From positions 1-54,258 of the forward strand of contig JBCDFF010000001.1 of NCBI GenBank assembly GCA_039178415.1: DNA of 54,258 nucleotides, given 5' to 3'. The position numbers were made by a program, and so were the translations under genes. This DNA comes from Bacteroidota bacterium. Its GTDB lineage: Bacteria > Bacteroidota > Rhodothermia > Rhodothermales > Rubricoccaceae. Below are positions 27,248 to 35,699 of this stretch, in pieces; the first letter of the stretch is position 1; the number at the start of each line of letters is the position of its first letter. Under the pieces are notes generated by a model. It was not told the DNA's origin and made no database searches. It saw nothing but the letters and a program-made list of their open reading frames with translations.

Positions 27248-28315
27248 CTAGCGCTTGAGCGCGCGCCGGGTGAGCTTCTTGAGGAGAGTCGGGGTGCGCC
27301 CGGGGTCCCAGCGCAGGGCGCGCGCTGAGACCGCGAGGGCAGCCGGCGAGCGCGGCGGGAGCTTGAGGGCCCACTTGGTGTAGCGGTCAGCGATGCGCTG
27401 CTTTAAGCGGTGCTCCATCGCAGGCGTGAGGGCCCGGCCGTCCTGGATGCTCCGGTAGGCGTCCACCATCGACCGCAGGTTTGCGTCGACCGTGCCGAGG
27501 TCGCTGGCCTCGGGAAAGCGGTAGCCCTGCGCCGCGTAGGCCAGCCAGAAGCGCTGCAGCATCTTCACCTCGTCCAGCGTTGGGGTTGCGCCGAGCGTTC
27601 GCTCCATGTGGTGCCGCGCCACGACGGCTGTGTAGTGCATTTGCTCGCCCCGGTGCTGCCGCGAAACGCTCCCAGCGTGGTAGCGGTAGCGCTGCAGCGC
27701 CTCGGGAAGAAGCCGTACGGCCCCGCGCTGCGTGAGGCGGCACCAGAGGCCATAGTCCTCGGCGTGCCGGTCATCGGCGGCATAAGCCCCCGCGTCGAGG
27801 GCGGCTGCGCGGCGGTACATCACCTGGCTGTGGCCTCCCACGTAGTTGTAGAAGAGGAGAAACCAGCCTGCGAGATCAGCGTCCCGCGCCGAGTCATAGA
27901 CCGAGCCGGACTGTCCCTCGGTGTCCATGATCTGAAGGTTGCAGGAGACGAGCACGGTCTCCGGCTCCCGCTCGAAGACGGCCACCATGCGCTCGAAGCG
28001 CTCGGGGTGGCTGACGTCGTCGTCGTCCATGCGCGCAATCAGCCCGCCCCGCGCCTCGGACACCCCCCGGTTCAGCGACGCGATCAGCCCCCGGTTCTCT
28101 TGCGAGAGCACCCGCACCCGCGCGTCGCGGGCGGCGTAGGCGGCGAGGATCTCCGGCGTGGCGTCGGCCGAGCCGTCGTCGATGCAGAGCAACTCAAAGT
28201 CTCGGAAGCTCTGGGCGAGGATGCTGTCGACGGCTTGGCGGAGGTAGCGCTCGCCGTTGTAGACCGACATCACCACGCTGACGCGTGGCGCGGCGGATTC
28301 GGGGTGAGAGTTCAT
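27248..28315 (-). CDS. Glycosyltransferase family 2 (paralog 2 of pair)
   Basis: MNSHPESAAPRVSVVMSVYNGERYLRQAVDSILAQSFRDFELLCIDDGSADAT...ARMDDDDVSHPERF. The C-terminal half is diverged from paralog 1. Confidence 0.85.
   Translation of the reverse strand: MNSHPESAAPRVSVVMSVYNGERYLRQAVDSILAQSFRDFELLCIDDGSADATPEILAAYAARDARVRVLSQENRGLIASLNRGVSEARGGLIARMDDDDVSHPERFERMVAVFEREPETVLVSCNLQIMDTEGQSGSVYDSARDADLAGWFLLFYNYVGGHSQVMYRRAAALDAGAYAADDRHAEDYGLWCRLTQRGAVRLLPEALQRYRYHAGSVSRQHRGEQMHYTAVVARHHMERTLGATPTLDEVKMLQRFWLAYAAQGYRFPEASDLGTVDANLRSMVDAYRSIQDGRALTPAMEHRLKQRIADRYTKWALKLPPRSPAALAVSARALRWDPGRTPTLLKKLTRRALKR
27994..28281. repeat. Partner of repeat 26921-27208
   Basis: Same comparison. Confidence 0.85.
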
Positions 28316-28365
28316 GAGGTGGGCAATGCAGCAAGAAGGGGACGTGCAGCGAGCTGTCCGCTGTC

Positions 28366-29157
28366 TTAGCTCAGAGGCGCTTGCTGAGTGGGACCCTCCG
28401 GCGAAGAGGGTGCGGAGACGGGAGTGTAGCGCGGAAGGTGATCGTGCCGGTCGGCGAGCTCGTCCAGGAAGACGTAGTCTTCCGCGTACCAGGCCGCGAG
28501 GTTGGCTCTCGCCTCGTCGCTCAGCGTGACGTCTAGATGCTCGGGACGGCGGTGAGCCTCTTTGGGGCTGCTCGGTAACTGGAGGTCTTCGGGCAATCCC
28601 AGGACAGCCTTGAGCCGCTGGAAGTCCTCGCGCAGATGTTCCTGGGAGCCGACAAACAGCAGGTCGTCTGCCCGCGAGCGGAAGGCCGCGTCGTCGCCGA
28701 ACCACAGGCGGTAGGGATCGCGGACATGCTGGATGCTGCGCATAGCGTGCTCAGCCTCGGCCCGGCGCGCTGCGTCCGGGTCGCTAAGGGCGCGGGCGAG
28801 TTCGTCGGGCGTCTGGAAGCGCTCGAAGGCGGTCGCCTCGTTCCGGGTCCAGCGGTAGAAGTAGCGGGGCTGCCCTTGGCGCTGTCGGCTGTAGAAGCCG
28901 CTGGCGAACCGGCTGACCGGGTCGCGGACGAAGAAGAAGAAGCCGTCGCCCTCGGGAATATCGCCGAGCGTGACGCGATGGCCGTGCAGGAAGAGCCGGC
29001 AGTTGTCGCCGCGCGCGTTCTCCAGGGTCGCCTTTAGGGCCGTGCCTCCGGTCTTACCTACATGCAAGAGGTGCGCGTGCTGCACGCCGCGCCACCTATC
29101 CCAATGGAGAGTCAGACGTTCGAGGTGGGAACGTTCAAGAGGCATGGAGAACAGCAT
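28366..29157 (-). CDS. Sulfotransferase-like protein (Sulfotransfer_2-like)
   Basis: LLHVGKTGGTALKATL P-loop-like PAPS motif and FFFFVRDPVSRFASGFY. Start at MLFSMPLER (29157) or MPLER (29145). Confidence 0.65.
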   Translation of the reverse strand: MLFSMPLERSHLERLTLHWDRWRGVQHAHLLHVGKTGGTALKATLENARGDNCRLFLHGHRVTLGDIPEGDGFFFFVRDPVSRFASGFYSRQRQGQPRYFYRWTRNEATAFERFQTPDELARALSDPDAARRAEAEHAMRSIQHVRDPYRLWFGDDAAFRSRADDLLFVGSQEHLREDFQRLKAVLGLPEDLQLPSSPKEAHRRPEHLDVTLSDEARANLAAWYAEDYVFLDELADRHDHLPRYTPVSAPSSPEGPTQQAPLS

Positions 29158-29297
29158 GTTGAGCCTGGGAGGGTAGGGGTTAGAACGGTCCCTCCCGGTC
29201 TTAGGTGTAGGCGTAGCACCTTCTGCCTGTGCTGTTGCGGTCGGTGGACTCGTGAAGGACCGTAGCACCCCAGGCGAGGCCGGCGTTGGTAGGAAGG

Positions 29298-30290
29298 TCA
29301 GGCGAGTTCGAAGTCGAGATCAAACGGCAGTTCGAAAGGCCGGGCGAAGCGGAGTACCTGCTCGGCCTGGTCCTCGGTGAGTTCGTCGCGCCACTTGCCG
29401 GGTTCCTGCTCCGACACGCGCTTCAGCGCGTACGGCCTGTCGCTGGCCACCGTCGTGTCACCCGCGAGTTGTTGCCGTATCGCCTGGGTCCACCGCAGGT
29501 CGAGGTCCTCGAACAGAGTACGGTATGCCTGCTCCGGCTCAACGCAGAGCGTCTCGTGCTGGACGACGATCCAGTCCGGATGGCGCTCGTGCTGCTGAAG
29601 CATGACGTAGTTCGAGGCTCCCCAGAACGCGCCTAGCTTCTCGAAGTAGGTCTTCGCTGAGTTCATCACGTCCCGGTACGAGGCGAGGTGGTCGTCCATC
29701 AGCGCCGGCTGGGCGAGGAGCACCTGAAGGTGCGCGTCGGAGCCCTGCCAGTGCCAGTCGTCCGGGAAGCGCCCGCGCAGCCGGGCCCACGACGAGGCCA
29801 TGGCGCACGGATGCCGCAGTGCGATCACAATGCGGGGCCGAAGGTGGTGGCTGATCCAGTCGAGCGCGAGGCACGCGTGGACGTCTTTGACGAGGTGCCG
29901 GGAGGGCCACCAGAGGTTCTGCTGCAGGGCGTGCGCGTCGCGAGGTGCCGCGTGCCCGTTGTAGACTCCTCGGCCGGCAAAGGCCGCGCGGGCGTGCTGC
30001 TCAAATGCCGGGTCGCGGTCCGCGGCCCGGACGTACCGCATGTGGAAGGCTCGCACCTCCGGGCCGAGGGTGACGTTGAACGGCTCGTGGAAGTAGCGTA
30101 CGCCGTCGGCCTTCGCGAGCGTCGAGGCGAGCCAGGTGGTGCCGGAGCGCGGCAGCCCGACGACCAAGATGGGGACCTGCTTCGCGGCGCGGAGGTCGCC
30201 CGGCAGCGCGCGGACGCTCTGGGCGATGGGAACGAAGCGCTTGAGGAGGCGAGAGTCGGTCATGGGACAAAGGAGTCGCAGCGGGCTCAC
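29298..30290 (-). CDS. Sulfotransferase (P-loop PRSGTTW type)
   Basis: ILVVGLPRSGTTWLASTL and IVIALRHPCAMASSW. A GTG at 30288-30290 gives a GTGA overlap with the upstream stop. An alternative ATG start lies at 30263 (MTDSRLL). Confidence 0.75.
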   Translation of the reverse strand: MSPLRLLCPMTDSRLLKRFVPIAQSVRALPGDLRAAKQVPILVVGLPRSGTTWLASTLAKADGVRYFHEPFNVTLGPEVRAFHMRYVRAADRDPAFEQHARAAFAGRGVYNGHAAPRDAHALQQNLWWPSRHLVKDVHACLALDWISHHLRPRIVIALRHPCAMASSWARLRGRFPDDWHWQGSDAHLQVLLAQPALMDDHLASYRDVMNSAKTYFEKLGAFWGASNYVMLQQHERHPDWIVVQHETLCVEPEQAYRTLFEDLDLRWTQAIRQQLAGDTTVASDRPYALKRVSEQEPGKWRDELTEDQAEQVLRFARPFELPFDLDFELA

Positions 30291-31237
30291 ACCCAGTCCG
30301 TGAGCTTCCAGGCATACCCGAACGTCTTCATCGTGGGGTACACCTCGTCCCGAATCCGCTTCTTGTCACCCAGAGACAGCTCCTTGCGCCCGGTGCCGGG
30401 CTTGGCCTTGCGTACGAATCCTTCAGGCTCAACGGCGGTGTCGCCTTGCACGCGCTGGTAATGGCCGAAGATCGGAATCGGGGTGCCGCCGCCGCCTTTC
30501 AGCGCCCCCACGCGGTTCGCTTCTACGGCATGGCTGACCTGGTCAGCACTCCAGGCTAACCCCATGAAATCCGTAAGCGACCGGAGCGTGCCTTCGGGAT
30601 CGGCGCTGAGGTCTTCGTAGCGGACTTGGACGAACGTGCCGGCAGGCATCTGCCCCGACGCCTCGCGGACAGCCTCGACGTGCTTGACCCAGATGCCAGC
30701 AGCCTTGCCGGTGTCGCTCGGTGCCCACGCTTTTCCCCAGCCCTGCGAGGCGGCCACGAGCGACGCCACAACGTCGCGCGGGTCCCGGACCAGGTGGATG
30801 AACTTGCTCCGCGGCAGGAGCGTCCTGATTTCCGGAATCACGAGGGCGTGCGACGGGCTCTTCTCCAGAAACCGGTCTCCTTGCCGCATCCCGGCTGCCC
30901 GCATCATCATCACGACGTAGAGACGGAGCAGGTTCAGGAACTCGGCCTCCTCCAGGTAGCCGGCCAAGCCGAGGCCGCTCCGGCCCTCAAAGGCGGGGTC
31001 AGAGGTTCGGTCGATCGCACGCTGCCACGTCCGAAGCTGGGGCGCGAGGTAGTGGCTGAAGAGATGCGACTCCTGCCCCGTCCTGACCTGGGGGTGGCTG
31101 GCAAGCAGACGCTGGAGCCACGTCGTCCCGCTCCGCGGGCTCCCGACGATGAAGACGACCTCCTCGCCGGCACAGGATGACGCCTCCTCCCACAAATCGG
31201 GCGGGGCCTCGTGAGGAACGAGAGACTCTGCGGACAT
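30287..31237 (-). CDS. Sulfotransferase (P-loop PRSGTTW type)
   Basis: VVFIVGSPRSGTTWLQRLLASHP and FIHLVRDPRDVVASL. Confidence 0.8.
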   Translation of the reverse strand: MSAESLVPHEAPPDLWEEASSCAGEEVVFIVGSPRSGTTWLQRLLASHPQVRTGQESHLFSHYLAPQLRTWQRAIDRTSDPAFEGRSGLGLAGYLEEAEFLNLLRLYVVMMMRAAGMRQGDRFLEKSPSHALVIPEIRTLLPRSKFIHLVRDPRDVVASLVAASQGWGKAWAPSDTGKAAGIWVKHVEAVREASGQMPAGTFVQVRYEDLSADPEGTLRSLTDFMGLAWSADQVSHAVEANRVGALKGGGGTPIPIFGHYQRVQGDTAVEPEGFVRKAKPGTGRKELSLGDKKRIRDEVYPTMKTFGYAWKLTDWV

Positions 31238-31249
31238 AGCGGGACGTGC

Positions 31250-32572
31250 CTAAGGCTGTTGGATCAGCGGAGCGCCGGCATCGGCCTCGTGGGTCCACGC
31301 GTGCTCCAGGAGGACCGTCGAGTGCTTTGCGTCAGGCGTGAAGCCTGAACGGTAGAACGTGCTCATGCCGACTTCGAAGTCAAGCGCCGGCTTCAGAGCG
31401 TCGAGCATGCGTTTCTGGACGTAGTCCTTGGCGTTGATCTTGATCTGGTAGGCTCCGTTGGGAAGAGGGAGGTTGGGGAGGCGGCACCGAACACGTCCGG
31501 TTCCTTTCTTGATCTCGTAGTATGTGTCGTGCGAGCGCGTGTGCATGACCGATACTGGGACCTTCAGGTGGTTGTGAATCTGCACCCAGAACATGACGCC
31601 CGGCAGGTCTTCCTCTGCCTCGTACTCCAGCACGATATCGACGGGCTCGCCTGCTGTCGGGGCATGGGTCCGCCGGCCGCGCTGGTCCACGAGATAGGCC
31701 GACGTGAAGCGAAGGCGACCGTCGCCGCCGCGTTCGTCGTCGTCTATCTCGTCGAGACGGAGGTTGTCCCGGTCAGTGACTTCCATGTCGTCGAGGTACC
31801 ACTCCACGGCCTCTTGCACTGGCCCTTGATGGACGAGGCGGCCCCCGTCGAGCACGTAGGCCCGCTGACACAGGTTGGTGACGGTGCTCATCTCGTGGCT
31901 CACGTAGAGCACGGTCCGGCCGGACTTAGAGACCTCGTCCATTTTGCCGAGGCACTTCTTCTTGAACGCGATGTCGCCCACGGCCAGCACCTCGTCGACG
32001 ACGAGGATGTCCGGTTCGAGGTGGGCCGCCACGGCGAACCCGAGGCGGACCTTCATGCCCGAGGAGTAGCGCTTGACCGGCGTGTCGATGAACTTGCCGA
32101 CGCCGGAGAACTCCACGATCTCGTCGAACTTGCGGCCCACCTCTGCCTTCGTCATGCCGAGGATGGTGCCGTTGAGAAAGACGTTCTCGCGGCCTGTCAA
32201 CTCCTGGTGGAACCCGGTGCCGACTTCGAGCAGGGCCGAGACGCGCCCGATAAGTTCGATGCTGCCCGTCGTGGGATAGGTGATGCGCGAGAGGAGCTTG
32301 AGCAGCGTGGACTTCCCGGCCCCATTGCGGCCGATGAACCCGACGACCTCGCCGGGGTGGATCTCGAACGAGACGTCGCGCAGTGCCCAGAGCACGTCGT
32401 CGCGGTCCTCGTCGTCATCGAAGTGGCTGAGGTCGCGGAGCCGGCGGTAGTTGGAGACCGGGGCCGTGAACCATGAGCCGATCGAGCCGAGGAGGGTTTC
32501 GTGCTTCTCTTCCTCCACGCCGATTCGGTAGCGCTTGCCGAGGTTCTCTACACGTATCGCAGGGCGGGACAT
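31250..32572 (-). CDS. wzt: Polysaccharide ABC exporter ATP-binding protein with C-terminal extension (Wzt/TagH type)
   Basis: Walker A GRNGAGKST, signature YSSGMKVRL, Walker B ILVVDEVLAVGD. The LEVGTGFHQELTGRENV motif is typical of Wzt/TagH. About 190 aa follow the NBD, where Wzt carbohydrate-binding domains sit. Confidence 0.9.
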   Translation of the reverse strand: MSRPAIRVENLGKRYRIGVEEEKHETLLGSIGSWFTAPVSNYRRLRDLSHFDDDEDRDDVLWALRDVSFEIHPGEVVGFIGRNGAGKSTLLKLLSRITYPTTGSIELIGRVSALLEVGTGFHQELTGRENVFLNGTILGMTKAEVGRKFDEIVEFSGVGKFIDTPVKRYSSGMKVRLGFAVAAHLEPDILVVDEVLAVGDIAFKKKCLGKMDEVSKSGRTVLYVSHEMSTVTNLCQRAYVLDGGRLVHQGPVQEAVEWYLDDMEVTDRDNLRLDEIDDDERGGDGRLRFTSAYLVDQRGRRTHAPTAGEPVDIVLEYEAEEDLPGVMFWVQIHNHLKVPVSVMHTRSHDTYYEIKKGTGRVRCRLPNLPLPNGAYQIKINAKDYVQKRMLDALKPALDFEVGMSTFYRSGFTPDAKHSTVLLEHAWTHEADAGAPLIQQP

Positions 32573-32622
32573 AGGCGTGAGGATGATGCGAAGTTTTCAG
32601 GTGCAGCGGGTGCGCGGCGCTC

Positions 32623-33537
32623 CTACCAGAGCACCCCAGACGACCGCGGGTCGAAGTCTTGGTAGAAGGGAAGCCCGAAGGGTTCTGCGAAGCGGCGGCA
32701 GGTCTCCATGTCTTCGTCCGACACCTCGGCGCGCCACTTGTCGATCTGCGCTGCCGACTTCCGGGTAAGTGAGTAGGGACGGTCCGAGTGCTCGTCTGTG
32801 TTCTCGTCGAGAAAGTCCTCGGCCTCCTGGGTCCAGTGAAGGTCGAGGCGGTCGAAGAGAGTACGAAAGCGGGCGACAGGGTCTTGGCAGAGCCACTCGA
32901 ACGGCACAAGAGCGCGGTCTGCTCCCCGCTTGTGCTGGTGGTAGACTACGTAGTTAACCGCTCCCCACTGGGCGCCGGCTCGCTCCCAGAAGGTTTCGGC
33001 GGAGAGGAGAAGCTCCTCAAATGGGTGCAAGTAGTCCGCCAGGAGCGTGTCGCTCCAAGTCAGCCGGTGAGGCCTCGGCTCCCACCCGAGCCGCCGGACG
33101 CTCGCGAACTGTCCGCACGGATGACGCAGGAGGTAGACCATGCTAGCGCTAGGGTATTGGGCTTGGAGCCAGTTGAGGGCAAGGCTCGAATTGACGAGCT
33201 TGACGATCGTGTTCGGCTTGCGGCGGTAGAGCGCGGGAAGGTGTTTCCCCAGCTTGTGCCACCGCTGAGGCAGGTGGTCCATGACCGGCCCGGCATCGTC
33301 GCGCATGGTGAACGGGGTGGCGACCTTGCCGCGAAGAGCCCGGTCCATGTGACGGCGATACTGCTCGTCGTCCCCCGCGCTCGCGAGGTAGAGGTAGGGG
33401 AAGTAGCGCTCCGCCCCATCGACGAGGACGAAGTTGTCGGGCTCACGGTAGTACGTGTAGCCGGGCGCGAGTCCGAGCACGCGGCCGGCCCAGCTCGTGC
33501 CGGTCCGCGGCATGCCTGCTACGATGGCCTGTTTCAT
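32623..33537 (-). CDS. Sulfotransferase-like protein located between wzm and wzt
   Basis: MKQAIVAGMPRTGTSWAGRVL P-loop and MVYLLRHPCGQFASV, colinear with 29298-30290 (e.g. WTQ..R..L and the RPY(S/A)L(T/K)R tail). Start taken at ATG 33535-33537. Confidence 0.7.
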   Translation of the reverse strand: MKQAIVAGMPRTGTSWAGRVLGLAPGYTYYREPDNFVLVDGAERYFPYLYLASAGDDEQYRRHMDRALRGKVATPFTMRDDAGPVMDHLPQRWHKLGKHLPALYRRKPNTIVKLVNSSLALNWLQAQYPSASMVYLLRHPCGQFASVRRLGWEPRPHRLTWSDTLLADYLHPFEELLLSAETFWERAGAQWGAVNYVVYHQHKRGADRALVPFEWLCQDPVARFRTLFDRLDLHWTQEAEDFLDENTDEHSDRPYSLTRKSAAQIDKWRAEVSDEDMETCRRFAEPFGLPFYQDFDPRSSGVLW

Positions 33538-33553
33538 CGCGTCTCGGATAGCG

Positions 33554-34465
33554 TCAGGCAACGTCGGCGAAGAGGTGCTCGGTGCGCCGGAAGTAGAAGG
33601 CACCCGTCACGGTGAGCACCACCGCCGTGATCGTCCCCATCCCGATCAAATCCCACGGCATCGGCACGGTGCCAAGGATGGCGGCCCGGAACCCTTCGAT
33701 GACGCCAGCCATCGGGTACAGGCCGTACAGGATGCGGATGAGTTCTACATTCTCGGGAAACTTCTCCGCGAGCAGGGAGACCGGCCACACGACGGGAGCC
33801 GCGTACATCAGGAGCTGCTTCGCGTAGCCCACGATCCGGCCGACATCGCGGTACTGGAGCGCGAGCGACGACAGCCAGAGCCCCACTCCAAGTGCCGTCA
33901 GCATCAGAATAGCGATCAGCACGGGAAGGAAGAGAACCCACAGCGTCGGGACGACGGCGTACCAGATCATGAGGCAGATGAGCACGCCGAAGGAAATGCC
34001 AAATCCAACGAGGCCGGTTCCGAGCGGAACCAGCGGCAGAATCAGCCTCGGGAAGTAGACCTTCGTGAAGATGCCTCGGTTGCCGACGAGGCTGCTGGTA
34101 GTGCCTCCCAGCGCACCGGCGAAGTACTGCCAGGGCAGGAGGGCCGTATAGGAGAAAAGGGCGTAGGGCACGCCGTCCGACGGCACCTTTGCCAGGTTGC
34201 CGAAGATGACCGTGAAGACGACCATGCTGAAGACCGGCCCGAAGATGGCCCAGCCGAAGCCCATGACGGTCTGCTTGTACGCAACCGTCACGCCGCGGTG
34301 CACCTGCGTCCAGAGTAGGTCCCGGTAGGCGAGGACCTCGCGCCAGTTGACAAACTGCCACCCACTGGGCGGCTCAACGCGAACGATCTGCTTCCCGGCT
34401 GCCGAGGCGTGCCCGTTGGTACTTGGTAGCGCGCTAGCCGCAGCTTTTTGCTGTACGTCTTGCAT
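33554..34465 (-). CDS. wzm: ABC-2 type polysaccharide exporter permease
   Basis: REVLAYRDLLWTQVHRGVTVAYKQTVMGFGWAIFGPV is the conserved ABC-2/Wzm N-terminal motif, with 6 hydrophobic segments. ATG at 34463-34465 (alternative GTG at 34507). Confidence 0.85.
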   Translation of the reverse strand: MQDVQQKAAASALPSTNGHASAAGKQIVRVEPPSGWQFVNWREVLAYRDLLWTQVHRGVTVAYKQTVMGFGWAIFGPVFSMVVFTVIFGNLAKVPSDGVPYALFSYTALLPWQYFAGALGGTTSSLVGNRGIFTKVYFPRLILPLVPLGTGLVGFGISFGVLICLMIWYAVVPTLWVLFLPVLIAILMLTALGVGLWLSSLALQYRDVGRIVGYAKQLLMYAAPVVWPVSLLAEKFPENVELIRILYGLYPMAGVIEGFRAAILGTVPMPWDLIGMGTITAVVLTVTGAFYFRRTEHLFADVA

Positions 34466-34534
34466 CGTAGTCGGAGTGGGTGGGCTTCCGCCGGCGCGCT
34501 CGGGCACCGGTCTGAAAGTGGTTGGGCCAGAAGA

Positions 34535-35671
34535 CTAGGCAGGGCCCTCTGCTTGAAGCGGAGCACTCCGCTTCACGTCTTCCAGTGTATCAATGATCTC
34601 GTGCACGCGCCGTGAAAAGTTTTCGTACGAGAAGCGGTCAAGGCGCTCTGGGACTCCCCGGGGTTTTCGGAGTGAAGCTCGGATGGCTTTCTTCAACTCC
34701 TCCGGCTTGTCCGGGTCCACAGTGATGCCGAAGCTCTCGTCGGGTATGGCTTCCAGGCTGCCATCGATGTTGCTTCCGATGACTGGGATACCGCAGGCCA
34801 TCGCCTCAAGGTAGACAATGCCGAAGCCCTCTAGCCTGCTCGGCATCGCGTAGACATCAGCGAGACGGTAGTGGTCTACCTTTTCTTCTTCTGGGATAAA
34901 ACCGGCAAACGTGACACGCTCGGAGAGTCCTAGGCTCTGGGCCTTCGCCTCGAGGCGAGAACGGTCTGTTCCGTCCCCAACGATCAGGTAGGCTAGGTCT
35001 GGAATTTCACTGGCGAGCGATTCTAGGGCATCCAGCACCTCATCGAATCCTTTGGCTTGCTCCTCGGCCTCCAACCTGCCCAGCGTCAAGAGGACCGTTT
35101 TGTCACGGAGGCCGTACCGGTCGAGCAGCGTCTGCTTCTTGGGGCCTGGGGTAAAGCGCGTCGGGTCGATGGAGTTTGGCAGCACGAATCCCACGCTTGG
35201 GGGCAGTTCGGTCCAGTTCGAGAAGCGCTCCCTCGTGACGTGGCTCACGGTAATGAACGCGTCGGCGCTCCGGACGGCCCAGTCGGTCAGCGTGTCGCCC
35301 GTGGGATGCCAGGCCTCGGAACCGTGGACGATTTGGACAAGGCTTCCGCCGGTGCGCAGGCGGCACAGCCAGCCGAGCGGAGACAAGTTGATGTGTCCGC
35401 AGAGGATCATGTCGTATGCCGGTCCGCGCAGGAGATCGCGTCCCAGGGTAGTCAGGTACTTGGCTTTGCTGTTGACCCCCGCCGTGAGGTAGGTCAGCTT
35501 GGCGAAGACGCCGTCGGTTGGCACGTCCGTGCCGGGTGCCATGAGGCGCGGTAGGGCCGTCAAGCTGGTCACTCCGGGATGAGCACAGACCGCTTCTAGA
35601 AGGTCTCGGTTGAACTTGCCAATTCCGCCAGACACACCAAACCCGTCTGTGATGAGTGCGAGGATTCTCAT
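34535..35671 (-). CDS. Glycosyltransferase family 4
   Basis: MRILALITDGFGVSGGIGKFNRDL start. VYAMPSRLEGFGIVYLEAMACGIPVIGS E-x7-E region. Confidence 0.85.
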   Translation of the reverse strand: MRILALITDGFGVSGGIGKFNRDLLEAVCAHPGVTSLTALPRLMAPGTDVPTDGVFAKLTYLTAGVNSKAKYLTTLGRDLLRGPAYDMILCGHINLSPLGWLCRLRTGGSLVQIVHGSEAWHPTGDTLTDWAVRSADAFITVSHVTRERFSNWTELPPSVGFVLPNSIDPTRFTPGPKKQTLLDRYGLRDKTVLLTLGRLEAEEQAKGFDEVLDALESLASEIPDLAYLIVGDGTDRSRLEAKAQSLGLSERVTFAGFIPEEEKVDHYRLADVYAMPSRLEGFGIVYLEAMACGIPVIGSNIDGSLEAIPDESFGITVDPDKPEELKKAIRASLRKPRGVPERLDRFSYENFSRRVHEIIDTLEDVKRSAPLQAEGPA

Positions 35672-35699
35672 GCTGCTGGTCTGAAATCGGTGTGCCTGT

